Assembly (NCBI GenBank): GCA_965248445.1
Contig: CBDFJG010000002.1
Location: 96,001-160,000 of the forward strand
DNA length: 64,000 nt
Direction: 5' to 3'
Source: Planctomycetota bacterium
GTDB lineage: Bacteria > Planctomycetota > JAJSAM01 > JAJVHW01
This document shows positions 17,838 through 27,398 of this stretch, piece after piece (position 1 is the first letter of the stretch; the number at the start of each line of letters is the position of its first letter). Below the pieces are notes generated by a model. The model worked only from the letters and a program-made list of their open reading frames with translations, made no database searches and had not been told where the DNA came from. Position numbers and translations under genes: made by a program.

Positions 17838-18578
17838 CTACAGCAGCTCCATCTCGCGCAGCTTCTCCAGGACGCCGTTCCACCGTTTCTTGCCGATCCG
17901 GTACCGGAGTTCGTCGGCCTGGTCCTCGAGGATCGAGACGCCCTTGCCCTTGGGCGGGTGCAGGCAGCTGAACTCCTGGATGTCGTCCGCCTCGTCCGGC
18001 TCGGCCTCGCGCATCAGCGGGCTGCCGTAGCCGGTCACGAGAACCTCGTCATCGTTCTCGAGCAGGTAGAGCGGGAACAGGCAGCACGTCTCCGGCTTGT
18101 AGTCGCGGAACTCCTTTCCGTTGTTCACGGCCCACTCGTGGATCGTGCACCACGGGCGGTCGCCCTTGGGGGCGGACAGGAACACGCAGGCGCCGGACGG
18201 TCGGTCCTCGAGGAACAACTCGTCGTCCTCGATGTACCACCAGCCGTCCGCCTCCTCGATCGCGGCGTCCACGTCACGGATCTTTCGGACCTCGTCGACG
18301 CACTTCGACACGCGCTCGACGTCGTCCTTCTCGAGGGGGACGTTGAACGTGGTGCAGCACGTCTTGCCGGTGAGTTTGCTCATACGGTTCGTGGTCATGC
18401 AGATGCCGTCGGAGCACGCCGTCATGCGCTGGACCGCGCCGGGGATGTCCACGAAGACGTCACCGATCCGCACGACGGTCTTCATCTTGCGAAGCCGCTT
18501 GAACATCTTCTCGATGCGGATGTCGTCCTCATCCCGCTCGTCTTCGTCTTCGTGCTTCTTCTTGTGGGCCTTGACCAC
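17838..18578 (-). CDS. DUF3109-like Cys-rich putative metal/Fe-S binding protein
   Basis: CSDGIC, TCC, GACVFL, CTIH, KPETCCLFPL motifs; GGAGG RBS before GTG 18578. Confidence 0.8.
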   Translation of the reverse strand: MVKAHKKKHEDEDERDEDDIRIEKMFKRLRKMKTVVRIGDVFVDIPGAVQRMTACSDGICMTTNRMSKLTGKTCCTTFNVPLEKDDVERVSKCVDEVRKIRDVDAAIEEADGWWYIEDDELFLEDRPSGACVFLSAPKGDRPWCTIHEWAVNNGKEFRDYKPETCCLFPLYLLENDDEVLVTGYGSPLMREAEPDEADDIQEFSCLHPPKGKGVSILEDQADELRYRIGKKRWNGVLEKLREMELL

Positions 18579-18631
18579 CTGCGTTCCTCCGAGGGAGCGG
18601 AGATGGTAGACCGGACTGCGGACGAAACGCA

Positions 18632-19216
18632 GTGACACCCAGCGACCTTCCGCCGATCGATCCCGACGCCGCTCGCCTCGCGGCGAGCGCGCTGCGCCCC
18701 GGCGAGGAGATCGTGTGGGCCGGACGCCCTGACGAGAGGCGCACCGCACGGCGGGATCCGCGTCTCGTGGGTCTCGGCATCTTCTGGTCAGTCCTGGCCG
18801 GGGCGGCGTTCTACGGGTTCGCCGTCACGCTGCTGTCCGACGAGTACGGAGGCTTGCCGATCGCCGTCCGCATCGTTGCGCTCACCGTCTGCGCTGCGCC
18901 GTTCCTGCTCGCCGCCGTCTACATGCTCGGCGGCCACGTCTCCTTGCGCCGCCGGACCCGCAGCCGCACGGGCTACGTCGTCACCGCCGACCGCGTGCTG
19001 GTGACGTCGCCGGCGCTCGGCGCATTCGGCAGGCCGCGGGTCCGTGAGCTGGATCGCGATAGCATCGGCCGCGTGGATGTCGAGGAGCCGGCCTGCGGGG
19101 GCGTGGCCGACATCACGGTGACCGACGCGACCGGCCGGCACCCGGCGGTGACACTCCAGCTCGTGCGTGGAGCTGAGGTCGTCGCCGAACTCCTGCGCGC
19201 GCAGGCGGCGGGCTGA
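18632..19216 (+). CDS. Two-TM membrane protein with a bacterial PH-like C-terminal domain
   Basis: LRPGEEIVWAGRP N-terminus, two TM helices, YVVTADRVLV motif. Confidence 0.7.
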   Translation: MTPSDLPPIDPDAARLAASALRPGEEIVWAGRPDERRTARRDPRLVGLGIFWSVLAGAAFYGFAVTLLSDEYGGLPIAVRIVALTVCAAPFLLAAVYMLGGHVSLRRRTRSRTGYVVTADRVLVTSPALGAFGRPRVRELDRDSIGRVDVEEPACGGVADITVTDATGRHPAVTLQLVRGAEVVAELLRAQAAG

Positions 19217-19284
19217 TCCCTCGATCCGGTGCGGCGCGGCTACCATGGATCACTTACGCCTCGATCCGGAGATCCCCGCTCGCC

Positions 19285-21534
19285 ATGCGACCTCACTTCC
19301 TAGCCCTCGCCACCCTCCTCGCCGCCGGTCTCCTGGCCAGTCCGGCCGAGGGGTTCATCGAGACCCACCTGAACGAGATCAACGACCCGGTGGCGGGGGC
19401 GGTAGCAGACCGGGTGACCGTACTCGACAACCAAGGTGACCTCTCGAAGGAGCAGAAGAAGGAGCGGTCACGCCTCGCGAAGCTCGCCAAGAAGCTCGCC
19501 AAGAAGCCGGCTCGCGTGCTCAAAGACGACTTCAAGAACCTGAAGAAGGCCGGCAGCACGGCCAAGAAGCTCGGCGTCGCGGTGATCAGCATCGAAAACG
19601 GTCTCGACGAGACCTTCGGGTTGGCGGAACTCGCGCTCGGCGAGCGACGCGCATTGGTCGAGGACCACGTCGTTCTGATCACCGACCTGAAACAGCTCGG
19701 CAAGGTGACCAAGACCCTCGAGAAGTACGGCGCCGCGCGCTCGGCGGCGACCACGGCGGAGGGCGCCTCGGACCACGCAACGCGCGCGAAGCAACTCGGC
19801 AAGGCAGAGGTCGCGGTCACCAAGGCGCTCAAGAAGGCCGAGAAGTTCGCGCAGCAGGCGGTGAATGAGGACCGGACCGGCGAGCTCAGCATGCCGCCGG
19901 TGCGTCTGCGCTCGGGCGACGAGGTCGGTTCTGGTGGCGCGCGCATCGCGATCCCGGACGAAGCCGACTCCCCCGTCGCCCGCGCGTCCGTGCTGGTCCC
20001 GCCGGGAGCGCTCTCCTCGCCGACACAGATCACGATCGAAGCGGCGGACGACATCGTCGGCGACCGCGACGTGCCCGTCGGACCCGGAGTCCGCTTTCTC
20101 CCTGCGGGAACACAGTTCAGCCAGCTCGTGACGGTCTCGGTCCCCTACCTGCTGCCCGACGGCGCCAATCCGAACGACCTTGCCGTCTTCCACTTCGACG
20201 GCGCGACCACGGACGCGACGCTCGCCGTCGTGCGCGGGCCGAACGCCACCGTCTCCGCGCAGTTCGACTCGTTCTCCGAGTTCCAGGCCGGTCTGCTGGC
20301 GCCTCCCGAGGGAGCGCCGTCGGGGACGTACCAGTCCGAGATGTTCGTCGTGTTGCACCGGCTGGACGACCAGGACCAGGACGAGACCGACCGCCGGGTC
20401 GAGATCTTCGAGCAGGGCATCACGTTCCGGGCCGACGACACGGGCTCGGCGCCAGTCGGCACCGCCCCCCTGATCGCGCGCGGCTTCCTCTCCGCCGCAC
20501 CGCACCACGACACGACCGCGTTCGCTTCGATCCTCGGAGGCTTCGAATTCGAGTGGACGCAGGTTGACGACGGGATCTTCACGTTCGTGTTCCCGGCCGC
20601 CGGAGAGCAGGTCACCGCGGACGGGGTCGTCTCAACCGACGGCAGCGTCATCGCGTACACCGGTCGCACCGACGAGTTCGACTTCTTCGCCGTCGGCGTG
20701 CGCAAGGGCACGGGCGTCACGACCGCCGATATCGACGGACGCTGGTTCGGCGTCGAACTGGGGGCACGCTTCGGAAACGCCGGAACGGAGCCGTTCTCGA
20801 CGCGTTGGCACGCCTCGTACACCGCGTTCGACGCCGACGGCACCACGGGCGATCTCACGTTCGATTCATCCGGCGAGATCTTCCAGCGGGACGTGCAGTA
20901 CAACACCGATCTGGCAACACCGGGCCACGTCGTGACCACGCAGATCATCGCGGACAGTGGTGTGCAGAACGTGTTCGTCCTCCCCGACGGCGCGGTGTTC
21001 AGTGCGGACACTGCGGTCCGCGGGCAGTTCAACGTCGATGCGGGCGTGATGGCTGTCGCCACGATCGACCTGCTCAATCACAACGTGGCCCTGATGATCG
21101 CGGCAAAGCAGCCGGCGACGGTGCCGGCGAACACGTTCGAGGGCGACTACCACTTCGCGCGCTTCGATCTCGAGCCGCGGCAGGACAGCCTCGAGTCCAC
21201 GACGTCGCACCTCGACATCGACACGGCGACCGGCCTGCTCTCGGTGGACGGCGCCGGGACGGCGACGCTCTCGCTCGACCCGCTGACGCGAGCCACGTAC
21301 TCCATCAGCGGGCTTCCCCCGCTCAACAACATGACCTGGACGAGCACGGGCTCCACCGAGGTCATCGACGTGCTCGACGCGAACTTTGACCTCTCGCTCG
21401 ACGCCGCGGGCAATCACCGGGGCGATCCCGCCGCCCGCTACTACGGCGTGTCGGGCGACGGCAACATCGTGCTCTCGATCGCGCCCGGCGAACTGGGCCG
21501 CGTGCTGCGGGGGATCGGGATCGGTCTCAAGTAG
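19285..21534 (+). CDS. Secreted multidomain protein: Lys-rich helical region, ZU5-like domain, beta-rich C-terminus
   Basis: Signal peptide ending AEG; VLVPPGAL...ITI...GPGVRFLPAGTQFSQLVTVSVPY...FSEF resembles ZU5. Confidence 0.75.
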   Translation: MRPHFLALATLLAAGLLASPAEGFIETHLNEINDPVAGAVADRVTVLDNQGDLSKEQKKERSRLAKLAKKLAKKPARVLKDDFKNLKKAGSTAKKLGVAVISIENGLDETFGLAELALGERRALVEDHVVLITDLKQLGKVTKTLEKYGAARSAATTAEGASDHATRAKQLGKAEVAVTKALKKAEKFAQQAVNEDRTGELSMPPVRLRSGDEVGSGGARIAIPDEADSPVARASVLVPPGALSSPTQITIEAADDIVGDRDVPVGPGVRFLPAGTQFSQLVTVSVPYLLPDGANPNDLAVFHFDGATTDATLAVVRGPNATVSAQFDSFSEFQAGLLAPPEGAPSGTYQSEMFVVLHRLDDQDQDETDRRVEIFEQGITFRADDTGSAPVGTAPLIARGFLSAAPHHDTTAFASILGGFEFEWTQVDDGIFTFVFPAAGEQVTADGVVSTDGSVIAYTGRTDEFDFFAVGVRKGTGVTTADIDGRWFGVELGARFGNAGTEPFSTRWHASYTAFDADGTTGDLTFDSSGEIFQRDVQYNTDLATPGHVVTTQIIADSGVQNVFVLPDGAVFSADTAVRGQFNVDAGVMAVATIDLLNHNVALMIAAKQPATVPANTFEGDYHFARFDLEPRQDSLESTTSHLDIDTATGLLSVDGAGTATLSLDPLTRATYSISGLPPLNNMTWTSTGSTEVIDVLDANFDLSLDAAGNHRGDPAARYYGVSGDGNIVLSIAPGELGRVLRGIGIGLK

Positions 21535-21559
21535 CTCGCCATGTGCGTAGCATGGCGGC

Positions 21560-22045
21560 GTGTACCAAGTCGCGGTGCTGCCACCGCCTGAAGCGCTCGG
21601 CGACGTGGAGGAGTTTCGGCGCCTCCACGATCCTGCATTCCACCGGCTGCCGGCACACGTGCCGCTCCTGCCGCCGTTCGAACCGATCCGGCGGGACTTC
21701 CTGGCGCGCTTCGATGCGTTCCGCTCGCCGCCGATCACCGTCTCGTTCGGAGAGGCAGTGGCCGGCGATTGCACACTCGGGCTGACCGTCGTGCGGGGAC
21801 ACGACGAGCTGCTCGCCATGCGCGACGCGCTCGGTCACGCTCTGCTCGACGAGGCCGCTCCCCGGGCCGAGGGCCCGCCGTGCCTACGCGTGGGCCTGTT
21901 CGGTGCCGACGCCGAGTTGGAACTCGCCCGTCGTGCGCTCGGGACGGCTCCGGCGCTTCCGCCACTCACGATCCGCATGCTGACGCTGTTGCTCGAGGAC
22001 GTGCGGGGCATCTGGCACCCGGTCCGGGAGCGCGTGCTCAGGTAG
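21560..22045 (+). CDS. 2H phosphoesterase / 2'-5' RNA ligase-family protein, degenerate motifs
   Basis: FRRLHDP...LPAHVPLLPPF resembles the YjcG-like 2H N-terminus; about 160 aa. Confidence 0.7.
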   Translation: MYQVAVLPPPEALGDVEEFRRLHDPAFHRLPAHVPLLPPFEPIRRDFLARFDAFRSPPITVSFGEAVAGDCTLGLTVVRGHDELLAMRDALGHALLDEAAPRAEGPPCLRVGLFGADAELELARRALGTAPALPPLTIRMLTLLLEDVRGIWHPVRERVLR

Positions 22046-23366
22046 CGGTGTCGGACTCGTCCCGCGGGAGCAGGATCGCGCCCGCACCCATCAGTGCGAG
22101 CGTGCCCCACCCGAGCGTGCAGAACGCGCTGCACCACGCCGCGCCCGGGCGGCCGAGCAGCGACGACGAATCCGTATTCTGCAACACGGCGAACAGGAGC
22201 GCGAGCGCAAGCGATGCCTTGAGCCACGAGGGGTGCTGCACCGTGTGCCGGCGGCACGCGCGGACGAGAGCCGTCGTCACCGCGATCCCGAGCATCATCG
22301 CGTACAGGAAGTGCGGCGCGCGCGCCTCGGGCGAGAGCAGCAACAACGCCGCGAGGAAGAGACCGCCCTCGAGCGCCGCGCCGGGCATCCGCCAGGCCCG
22401 CAGCCGGACCCGACAACGCCAGAGAACGAGTGCAACCACGCCGAAGGAGAGGACGAGCACCAAGGGTTGGAGCACTCCCGGCGGCAGCTCGAACAGCGCC
22501 ACGTCCAGGTCGAAGTGCTTGTTGCCGCGCCCCGTCTGATAGTGGACGTCGCCGAACACGCGATAGAAGAACGACTTGATCGAGTGTCCCGGCAGATCGG
22601 TCGACGCCGCAGAGGCATAGTGGTGCGTGCGAATCTCGAAGTACTGGACGGTCAGCGACGTCGCACGTGACGGTCCGAGCACCAGAGCCGGCAGGCCCCA
22701 TCCGATCGCGGCGATCCCGGCCACCGTCGCTCCCAACGCCTTCCAGCGGCGCTTCCACGCGAACCAGATGATCAGGAAGACGGGCATGAACTTCACGACG
22801 GCGCCGAACGCCGCCAAGAGTCCGGCGCTCTTGTCCCAGCCGCGCGAGAGCAGGAGGACTGCCAGCGTCGCAGACGCGATCGCTGTCGGATTCAGCTGGC
22901 CGAGCTGCAGGTTGTCGTTGGCGACGCGCAGCAGCACGAGCAGCGGAATCAGCGCCCACGTCCACTTCAGACCTCCGGCCGCTGCCCGCCAACACGCCAC
23001 GAACATCGTGGCGATCAGCAAACCGTTCCAGAACGTCCACAGAACGCTTCCTGAACGTGGGTGCAGGGCTCCGAACGGAGCGATCAGAACCGCCGTCGCA
23101 GGCAGATACTTGAAGTTCTTCTCGTGCAGATCGTCGGCGTCTTCGCCTTCTGTCCGCAGTTCCTCCGCGCGCTCTTCCGCATACACGTGCTGGCCGCGCA
23201 AGTACTGCTTGTCGTAGAGCTTGTCCGCCTTGCCCGTCGCCACGAGGCGGCCCGCGCGGTGGTAGCGCAAGAAGTCGCCGGGCACGTCCCGCGAGAACGT
23301 CGAGCGAAACGCCGCCACCGACGCAAACACGAGAACGATGATCAGCGCGATGCGGCGGCGGCTCAT
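22038..23366 (-). CDS. GT-C polytopic glycosyltransferase (GT87/DUF2029-like)
   Basis: DFLRYHRAG, LY, FKYLP, NLQLGQLN, VKFMP, LLSP motifs; multiple TM helices; TGATG overlap with the upstream gene. Confidence 0.85.
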   Translation of the reverse strand: MSRRRIALIIVLVFASVAAFRSTFSRDVPGDFLRYHRAGRLVATGKADKLYDKQYLRGQHVYAEERAEELRTEGEDADDLHEKNFKYLPATAVLIAPFGALHPRSGSVLWTFWNGLLIATMFVACWRAAAGGLKWTWALIPLLVLLRVANDNLQLGQLNPTAIASATLAVLLLSRGWDKSAGLLAAFGAVVKFMPVFLIIWFAWKRRWKALGATVAGIAAIGWGLPALVLGPSRATSLTVQYFEIRTHHYASAASTDLPGHSIKSFFYRVFGDVHYQTGRGNKHFDLDVALFELPPGVLQPLVLVLSFGVVALVLWRCRVRLRAWRMPGAALEGGLFLAALLLLSPEARAPHFLYAMMLGIAVTTALVRACRRHTVQHPSWLKASLALALLFAVLQNTDSSSLLGRPGAAWCSAFCTLGWGTLALMGAGAILLPRDESDTAT

Positions 23367-23671
23367 CACTCGGCGGCCTCGCTCGCCACACGACGTGCGC
23401 GGTAGATCAGGTGCAGATTGCGCGCGTACACGAACACACCGAACAGCTGGCCGAGGAAGATCGGCGGCGACTTGATGAGAAGCGCGTAGATCAGCGTCAG
23501 CAAGCCACCGGTGATCGAGATCCACCAGAACGCGACGGGGATGACGCTCTCTTTCTTCCGCTCGGACGCAATCCACTGAACGAGGAACCTGCTGGCCCAG
23601 ATTCCCTGTGCCACGAAGCCGAGGATGTGAATCGGCTCCTTGAACTGCTCTAGGAAATCGAGGACGGTCAC
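23366..23671 (-). CDS. Lipid-A-disaccharide synthase N-terminal domain (LAB_N) protein
   Basis: GFVAQ...SRFLVQWIASERKKESVIPVAFWWISITG...YA...IFLGQ...YARNL signature. Confidence 0.9.
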   Translation of the reverse strand: MTVLDFLEQFKEPIHILGFVAQGIWASRFLVQWIASERKKESVIPVAFWWISITGGLLTLIYALLIKSPPIFLGQLFGVFVYARNLHLIYRARRVASEAAE

Positions 23672-24399
23672 TCGGAGTCACCCACTCCGGCCACGCGATC
23701 GCAGTTGTACGTCATGCCGCGTTTCATCATCCAGCGCACGGTTCGCAGATCCGACAACCCGCGCCACAGCCGGTTCCACACGCCGTACTTCGAAGCGCCG
23801 TGCTGCCGCGGGCGGTGGCCTACGGGGATTTCGACAACACGGAAGCCACTCATCTCGGCCAGCGTCGGAAGGAACCGGTGCATCCCGTCGAACGGGTGGA
23901 ACACGCGTACGACCTCACGACGGAACGCCTTCAGCGGGCAGGTCACGTCGTGGATGTTCGTGCCCGTCCGCCAGTTGCGCCAGCCGTTCGCGATCTTGGA
24001 CGACATGCGCTTCACCCACGGGTCGTGGCGGTCGCGCCGCCAGCCGCAGGCCATGTCCGCCGTCCCCTCGCGCACGGCCTCGATGAGGCGCGGAAGATCC
24101 GCCGGGTCGTTCTGCAGATCGCTGTCGAGTGACGCGACGATCTCGCCACGGGCCCTGGTGAAGCCCGCGTGAAGCGCTGAGGAAAGCCCGTGGTTGCGAT
24201 CCAGCGCGAAGACGACGACCCGCGGATCGTTCTGCGCCAGGCCGAGGAGGATCTCGCGGCTGGCGTCCGTGGAGCCGTCATCGACGAACACGAACTCGTA
24301 GTCGTCGGTCACGCTCTGGACGACCGGCTGCAACTCTGCGAGCAACTTGTCGAGCGAGTCCGCCTCGTTGTAGACGGGCAGCACCACACTCAGCTCCAC
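23668..24399 (-). CDS. GT2 polyprenyl-phosphate glycosyltransferase (ArnC/DPM-like)
   Basis: SVVLPVYNE, VDDGSTD, RNHG, LDSDLQNDP, HRFLP, HRPRQHGASKY. Confidence 0.92.
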   Translation of the reverse strand: MELSVVLPVYNEADSLDKLLAELQPVVQSVTDDYEFVFVDDGSTDASREILLGLAQNDPRVVVFALDRNHGLSSALHAGFTRARGEIVASLDSDLQNDPADLPRLIEAVREGTADMACGWRRDRHDPWVKRMSSKIANGWRNWRTGTNIHDVTCPLKAFRREVVRVFHPFDGMHRFLPTLAEMSGFRVVEIPVGHRPRQHGASKYGVWNRLWRGLSDLRTVRWMMKRGMTYNCDRVAGVGDSE

Positions 24400-24424
24400 G
24401 CCCGTGTCCTTCGCGGCGCGCCGC

Positions 24425-25768
24425 TCATCCGGACGCCACAGTCAGTCCGTCGATCCGGATGGTCGGAGCGGCCGTGCTGCCGTTCCAGTCGAGATCCGAG
24501 CCGCACTCCGTCACGCCCTTCAAGATGTCGCGCAAGTCCCCGGCGATGGTGAATTCGGACACTGCGTGAGTCAGCTCGCCGTTCCGGATCCAGCGTCCGG
24601 TGCCGCCGCGGCTGAACGAACCGGCGGCGAGATTGACCCCGAAGCCGAACAGCTGTGTCACGTAGAGGCCCTCGTCCACGTCTCCGATGATCTCGGCGGG
24701 TTCGCGCTCGCCCGGAGCCAGCACGAGGTTCGACGGCCCCACCGACGGTCCGCGGCTGCTCCCGCGGCGCCCGTTGCCGGTCGTCCTGCACTCGGCCCTG
24801 CGCGCCGAGTAAGAGTCGGCCATCCACGACGACAGCCGTCCGGCGTCGATCAGCACCGTGCGCCGGGAACGGACGCCCTCCCCGTCGAACGGACGGCTCG
24901 CCGGACGGCGGTGCAGCGTCGCGTCGTCCATCAGGGTGACCGCCGGCGACGCGACGACCTCGCCGAGCCGGCCTGCCAGGAATGTCTGCCGCCGGTACAC
25001 CGCCTCGGCGTTCACCGCGGCGGCGAGCGTGCCCGCGAAGTCGCGAGAGACGCGGGGATCGAAGACCACGGGCACGCGCCCCGCGGGCGGCTTCGTGCTG
25101 TTGCACGCCAGCTCCGCACGTTGCGCCGACAGCCGTCCGATCTGCTCGGGCGAGGGAAGATCCTCGAGGTGGACCCCGCTGCGGTATTCGTCACCACGCT
25201 GCCGGTCGCCGCTCTCCTCGGTCGCGAACAGTCCGATCCCGAGCGCGCAGGACGTGCGCACGCGGGCGCCACTGAACCCGTTGCTGTTCGCAATCGCGAT
25301 CGTGCTCACGCCCCCGCCGGCGCGCGCGGCCTCGACGTGCGTCACGCTGTCGTTCTCTCGCGCCGCGCGCTCGGCGCTGGCGGCCAGTGCCGCCCACGAG
25401 TCAGGCGTCCACTCGGTGTGACCCGCGTCCACGAGATCGAACTCGCCCTCGCAGGCACCGGCGTCGCCTGGGTCGGGCAACCCTGCGGCCTCGTCTTCGG
25501 CGGCGATCTCAGCGAGCGCTGCGGCGCGTGCCGCCGCGCCCGCGGCGCCTTCACGCGTGGCGTCGTTGGTGTACGCGATGCCGATCCGCGTTCCGCGGAA
25601 GGCGCGCACGCTGACCACACGCGAGTTCGAGTGCTCGACGTGCTCGATCTCACCCTCGCGCAGTGCGACGTACGTCGAATCGCCGCCGGCCACCATCACG
25701 TCCGCCGCGGTCGCTCCCGCAGTCATCGCCGCGCGGACGCCCTCTTCTGCGAGTTCGACGTCGGTCAC
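24425..25768 (-). CDS. pmbA: Metalloprotease PmbA/TldE
   Basis: RPFDGEGV, TTGNG, SNLVL, GVNLAAGSFSRG, FTIAG; overlaps the tldD stop codon. Confidence 0.92.
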   Translation of the reverse strand: MTDVELAEEGVRAAMTAGATAADVMVAGGDSTYVALREGEIEHVEHSNSRVVSVRAFRGTRIGIAYTNDATREGAAGAAARAAALAEIAAEDEAAGLPDPGDAGACEGEFDLVDAGHTEWTPDSWAALAASAERAARENDSVTHVEAARAGGGVSTIAIANSNGFSGARVRTSCALGIGLFATEESGDRQRGDEYRSGVHLEDLPSPEQIGRLSAQRAELACNSTKPPAGRVPVVFDPRVSRDFAGTLAAAVNAEAVYRRQTFLAGRLGEVVASPAVTLMDDATLHRRPASRPFDGEGVRSRRTVLIDAGRLSSWMADSYSARRAECRTTGNGRRGSSRGPSVGPSNLVLAPGEREPAEIIGDVDEGLYVTQLFGFGVNLAAGSFSRGGTGRWIRNGELTHAVSEFTIAGDLRDILKGVTECGSDLDWNGSTAAPTIRIDGLTVASG

Positions 25769-27177
25769 GCGGTTCCCCCGACGATCAGATCATCGATCCT
25801 CACCGTCGGCATCCCGACACCGACAGGGACCATCTGCGAGTCCTTGCCACACATCCACATGCCCTCGGACGTGCGGTAGTCGGTTCCGACCATGCTGACG
25901 CGCGACATGACCTCGGGCCCGTTCCCGATCAAGGTGACGTCACGCAACGGAGCGGTGATCTTGCCGTCCTCGATCAGGTACGCTTCGGTGGCCGCGAACA
26001 CGAAGTCCCCCTTTCCGATCTCGACCTGTCCCCCGCCGAACGACACGGCGTACACGCCGTTCTTCACCGACTCGATGATCTCGTCCGCGGCGTGCGTGCC
26101 GGCGGGCATCAACGTGTTCGTCATGCGGGGCATCGGCGCGTGGGCGTAGCTCTGTCGGCGCCCGTTGCCCGTGACGTCCACGTCCATCAGTTGCGCCGAC
26201 AAGCGGTCCTGCAGATACCCCTTCAGGATGCCGTTCTCGATCAGAACCGTGCGACCCGACGGAACGCCCTCGTCGTCCACGTTGATGCTGCCACGCTCCG
26301 ACTGCATGGTCCCGTCGTCCACGACGGTCACGAGCGGCGAAGCGACGCGCTCGCCGATCTGCCCCGAGTAGCGCGACAAGCCCTTGCGATTGAAGTCCGC
26401 CTCGAGCCCGTGACCGACGGCCTCGTGCAGGAGGATCCCGCTGTACGCGGGCCCGAGCACCACGGGCTGCGCACCGCCGGGCGCCGGCCGCGCACTCAAG
26501 TTGCGCACGGCCTGTTCGGCACACTTGCGTCCAACCTGCTCCGGCACGTCGCCGTCGAGCAGTTCGAGACCCTGGCGCGCGCCCTCGCCGGCTGCTCCGT
26601 TCGTGCGCACGTCACCGTCCTCGGCGACACACCCGACGCGGAACGACAGCATCGGCTGCACGTCGCAGATCACGACGCCCGTGGAGGAGACGATCGCGAT
26701 CTCGCGGATCTCCTCGTTCAGCATCACCGTGACCCGGACCACGCGTGGGTCCACGGCGCGGGCGGCCGCGTCGGCCCGTTCGAGCAACGAGACGCGGCTG
26801 GCGGGCGCGCCGGTCACGAGGGGCTGTGTAGCTCGATAGAGATCGCGCCTGCTGCCGTCCGAGAGCCGGACCGGGGGGACGTCGCGCGCGCCCGACGCGA
26901 TCGCTGCGGCCGTCCTGGCGGCAGACCGCACCGAATCCGGCGTGCGCTGCTCCGTGTAGGCATAGCCCGTGCGCTCCCCCGACAGCACACGGACGCCGAT
27001 CCCGCAGACCGAGCCCATCGATGCCGTCCGCAGCACACCGTCCTCCTGCGTGAGCGTGCACTCGCGCCGCTCCTCGAAGAAGAGGTCGGCATGGTCACCA
27101 CCGCGACCGAGGGCCTCGGACAGCAGGGATTCGAGCGTGGCGTCGTCGAATCCGTCGAGTACGTCGATCCTGCGCAT
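25765..27177 (-). CDS. tldD: Metalloprotease TldD
   Basis: LLHEAVGHGLEADFNRKG, DDEG, TGNGRRQSY...PRMTNT, CGKDSQ.VPVGVGMPT; GGAG RBS before ATG 27177. Confidence 0.95.
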   Translation of the reverse strand: MRRIDVLDGFDDATLESLLSEALGRGGDHADLFFEERRECTLTQEDGVLRTASMGSVCGIGVRVLSGERTGYAYTEQRTPDSVRSAARTAAAIASGARDVPPVRLSDGSRRDLYRATQPLVTGAPASRVSLLERADAAARAVDPRVVRVTVMLNEEIREIAIVSSTGVVICDVQPMLSFRVGCVAEDGDVRTNGAAGEGARQGLELLDGDVPEQVGRKCAEQAVRNLSARPAPGGAQPVVLGPAYSGILLHEAVGHGLEADFNRKGLSRYSGQIGERVASPLVTVVDDGTMQSERGSINVDDEGVPSGRTVLIENGILKGYLQDRLSAQLMDVDVTGNGRRQSYAHAPMPRMTNTLMPAGTHAADEIIESVKNGVYAVSFGGGQVEIGKGDFVFAATEAYLIEDGKITAPLRDVTLIGNGPEVMSRVSMVGTDYRTSEGMWMCGKDSQMVPVGVGMPTVRIDDLIVGGTA

Positions 27178-27398
27178 GGCGCGGCTCCGTGTGTTTCCGG
27201 GACGCTCCGCAGGCACGTGCGCCCCGGACCGGATCCTCTCCACCCTGGACGGGAGTCTCCGGCATCCGAGGAGCCGCACCCAGGGATCCCGGGGGCCGGA
27301 GGGCCGCCGTGAGGCTTCGCCGTCTACCCGGGGTGCTACCGTCTCGGCAGTTCGCCCGCGGTCGCCTGAGACCCCGCTGGGCGCCGGAAGGATGGCTC

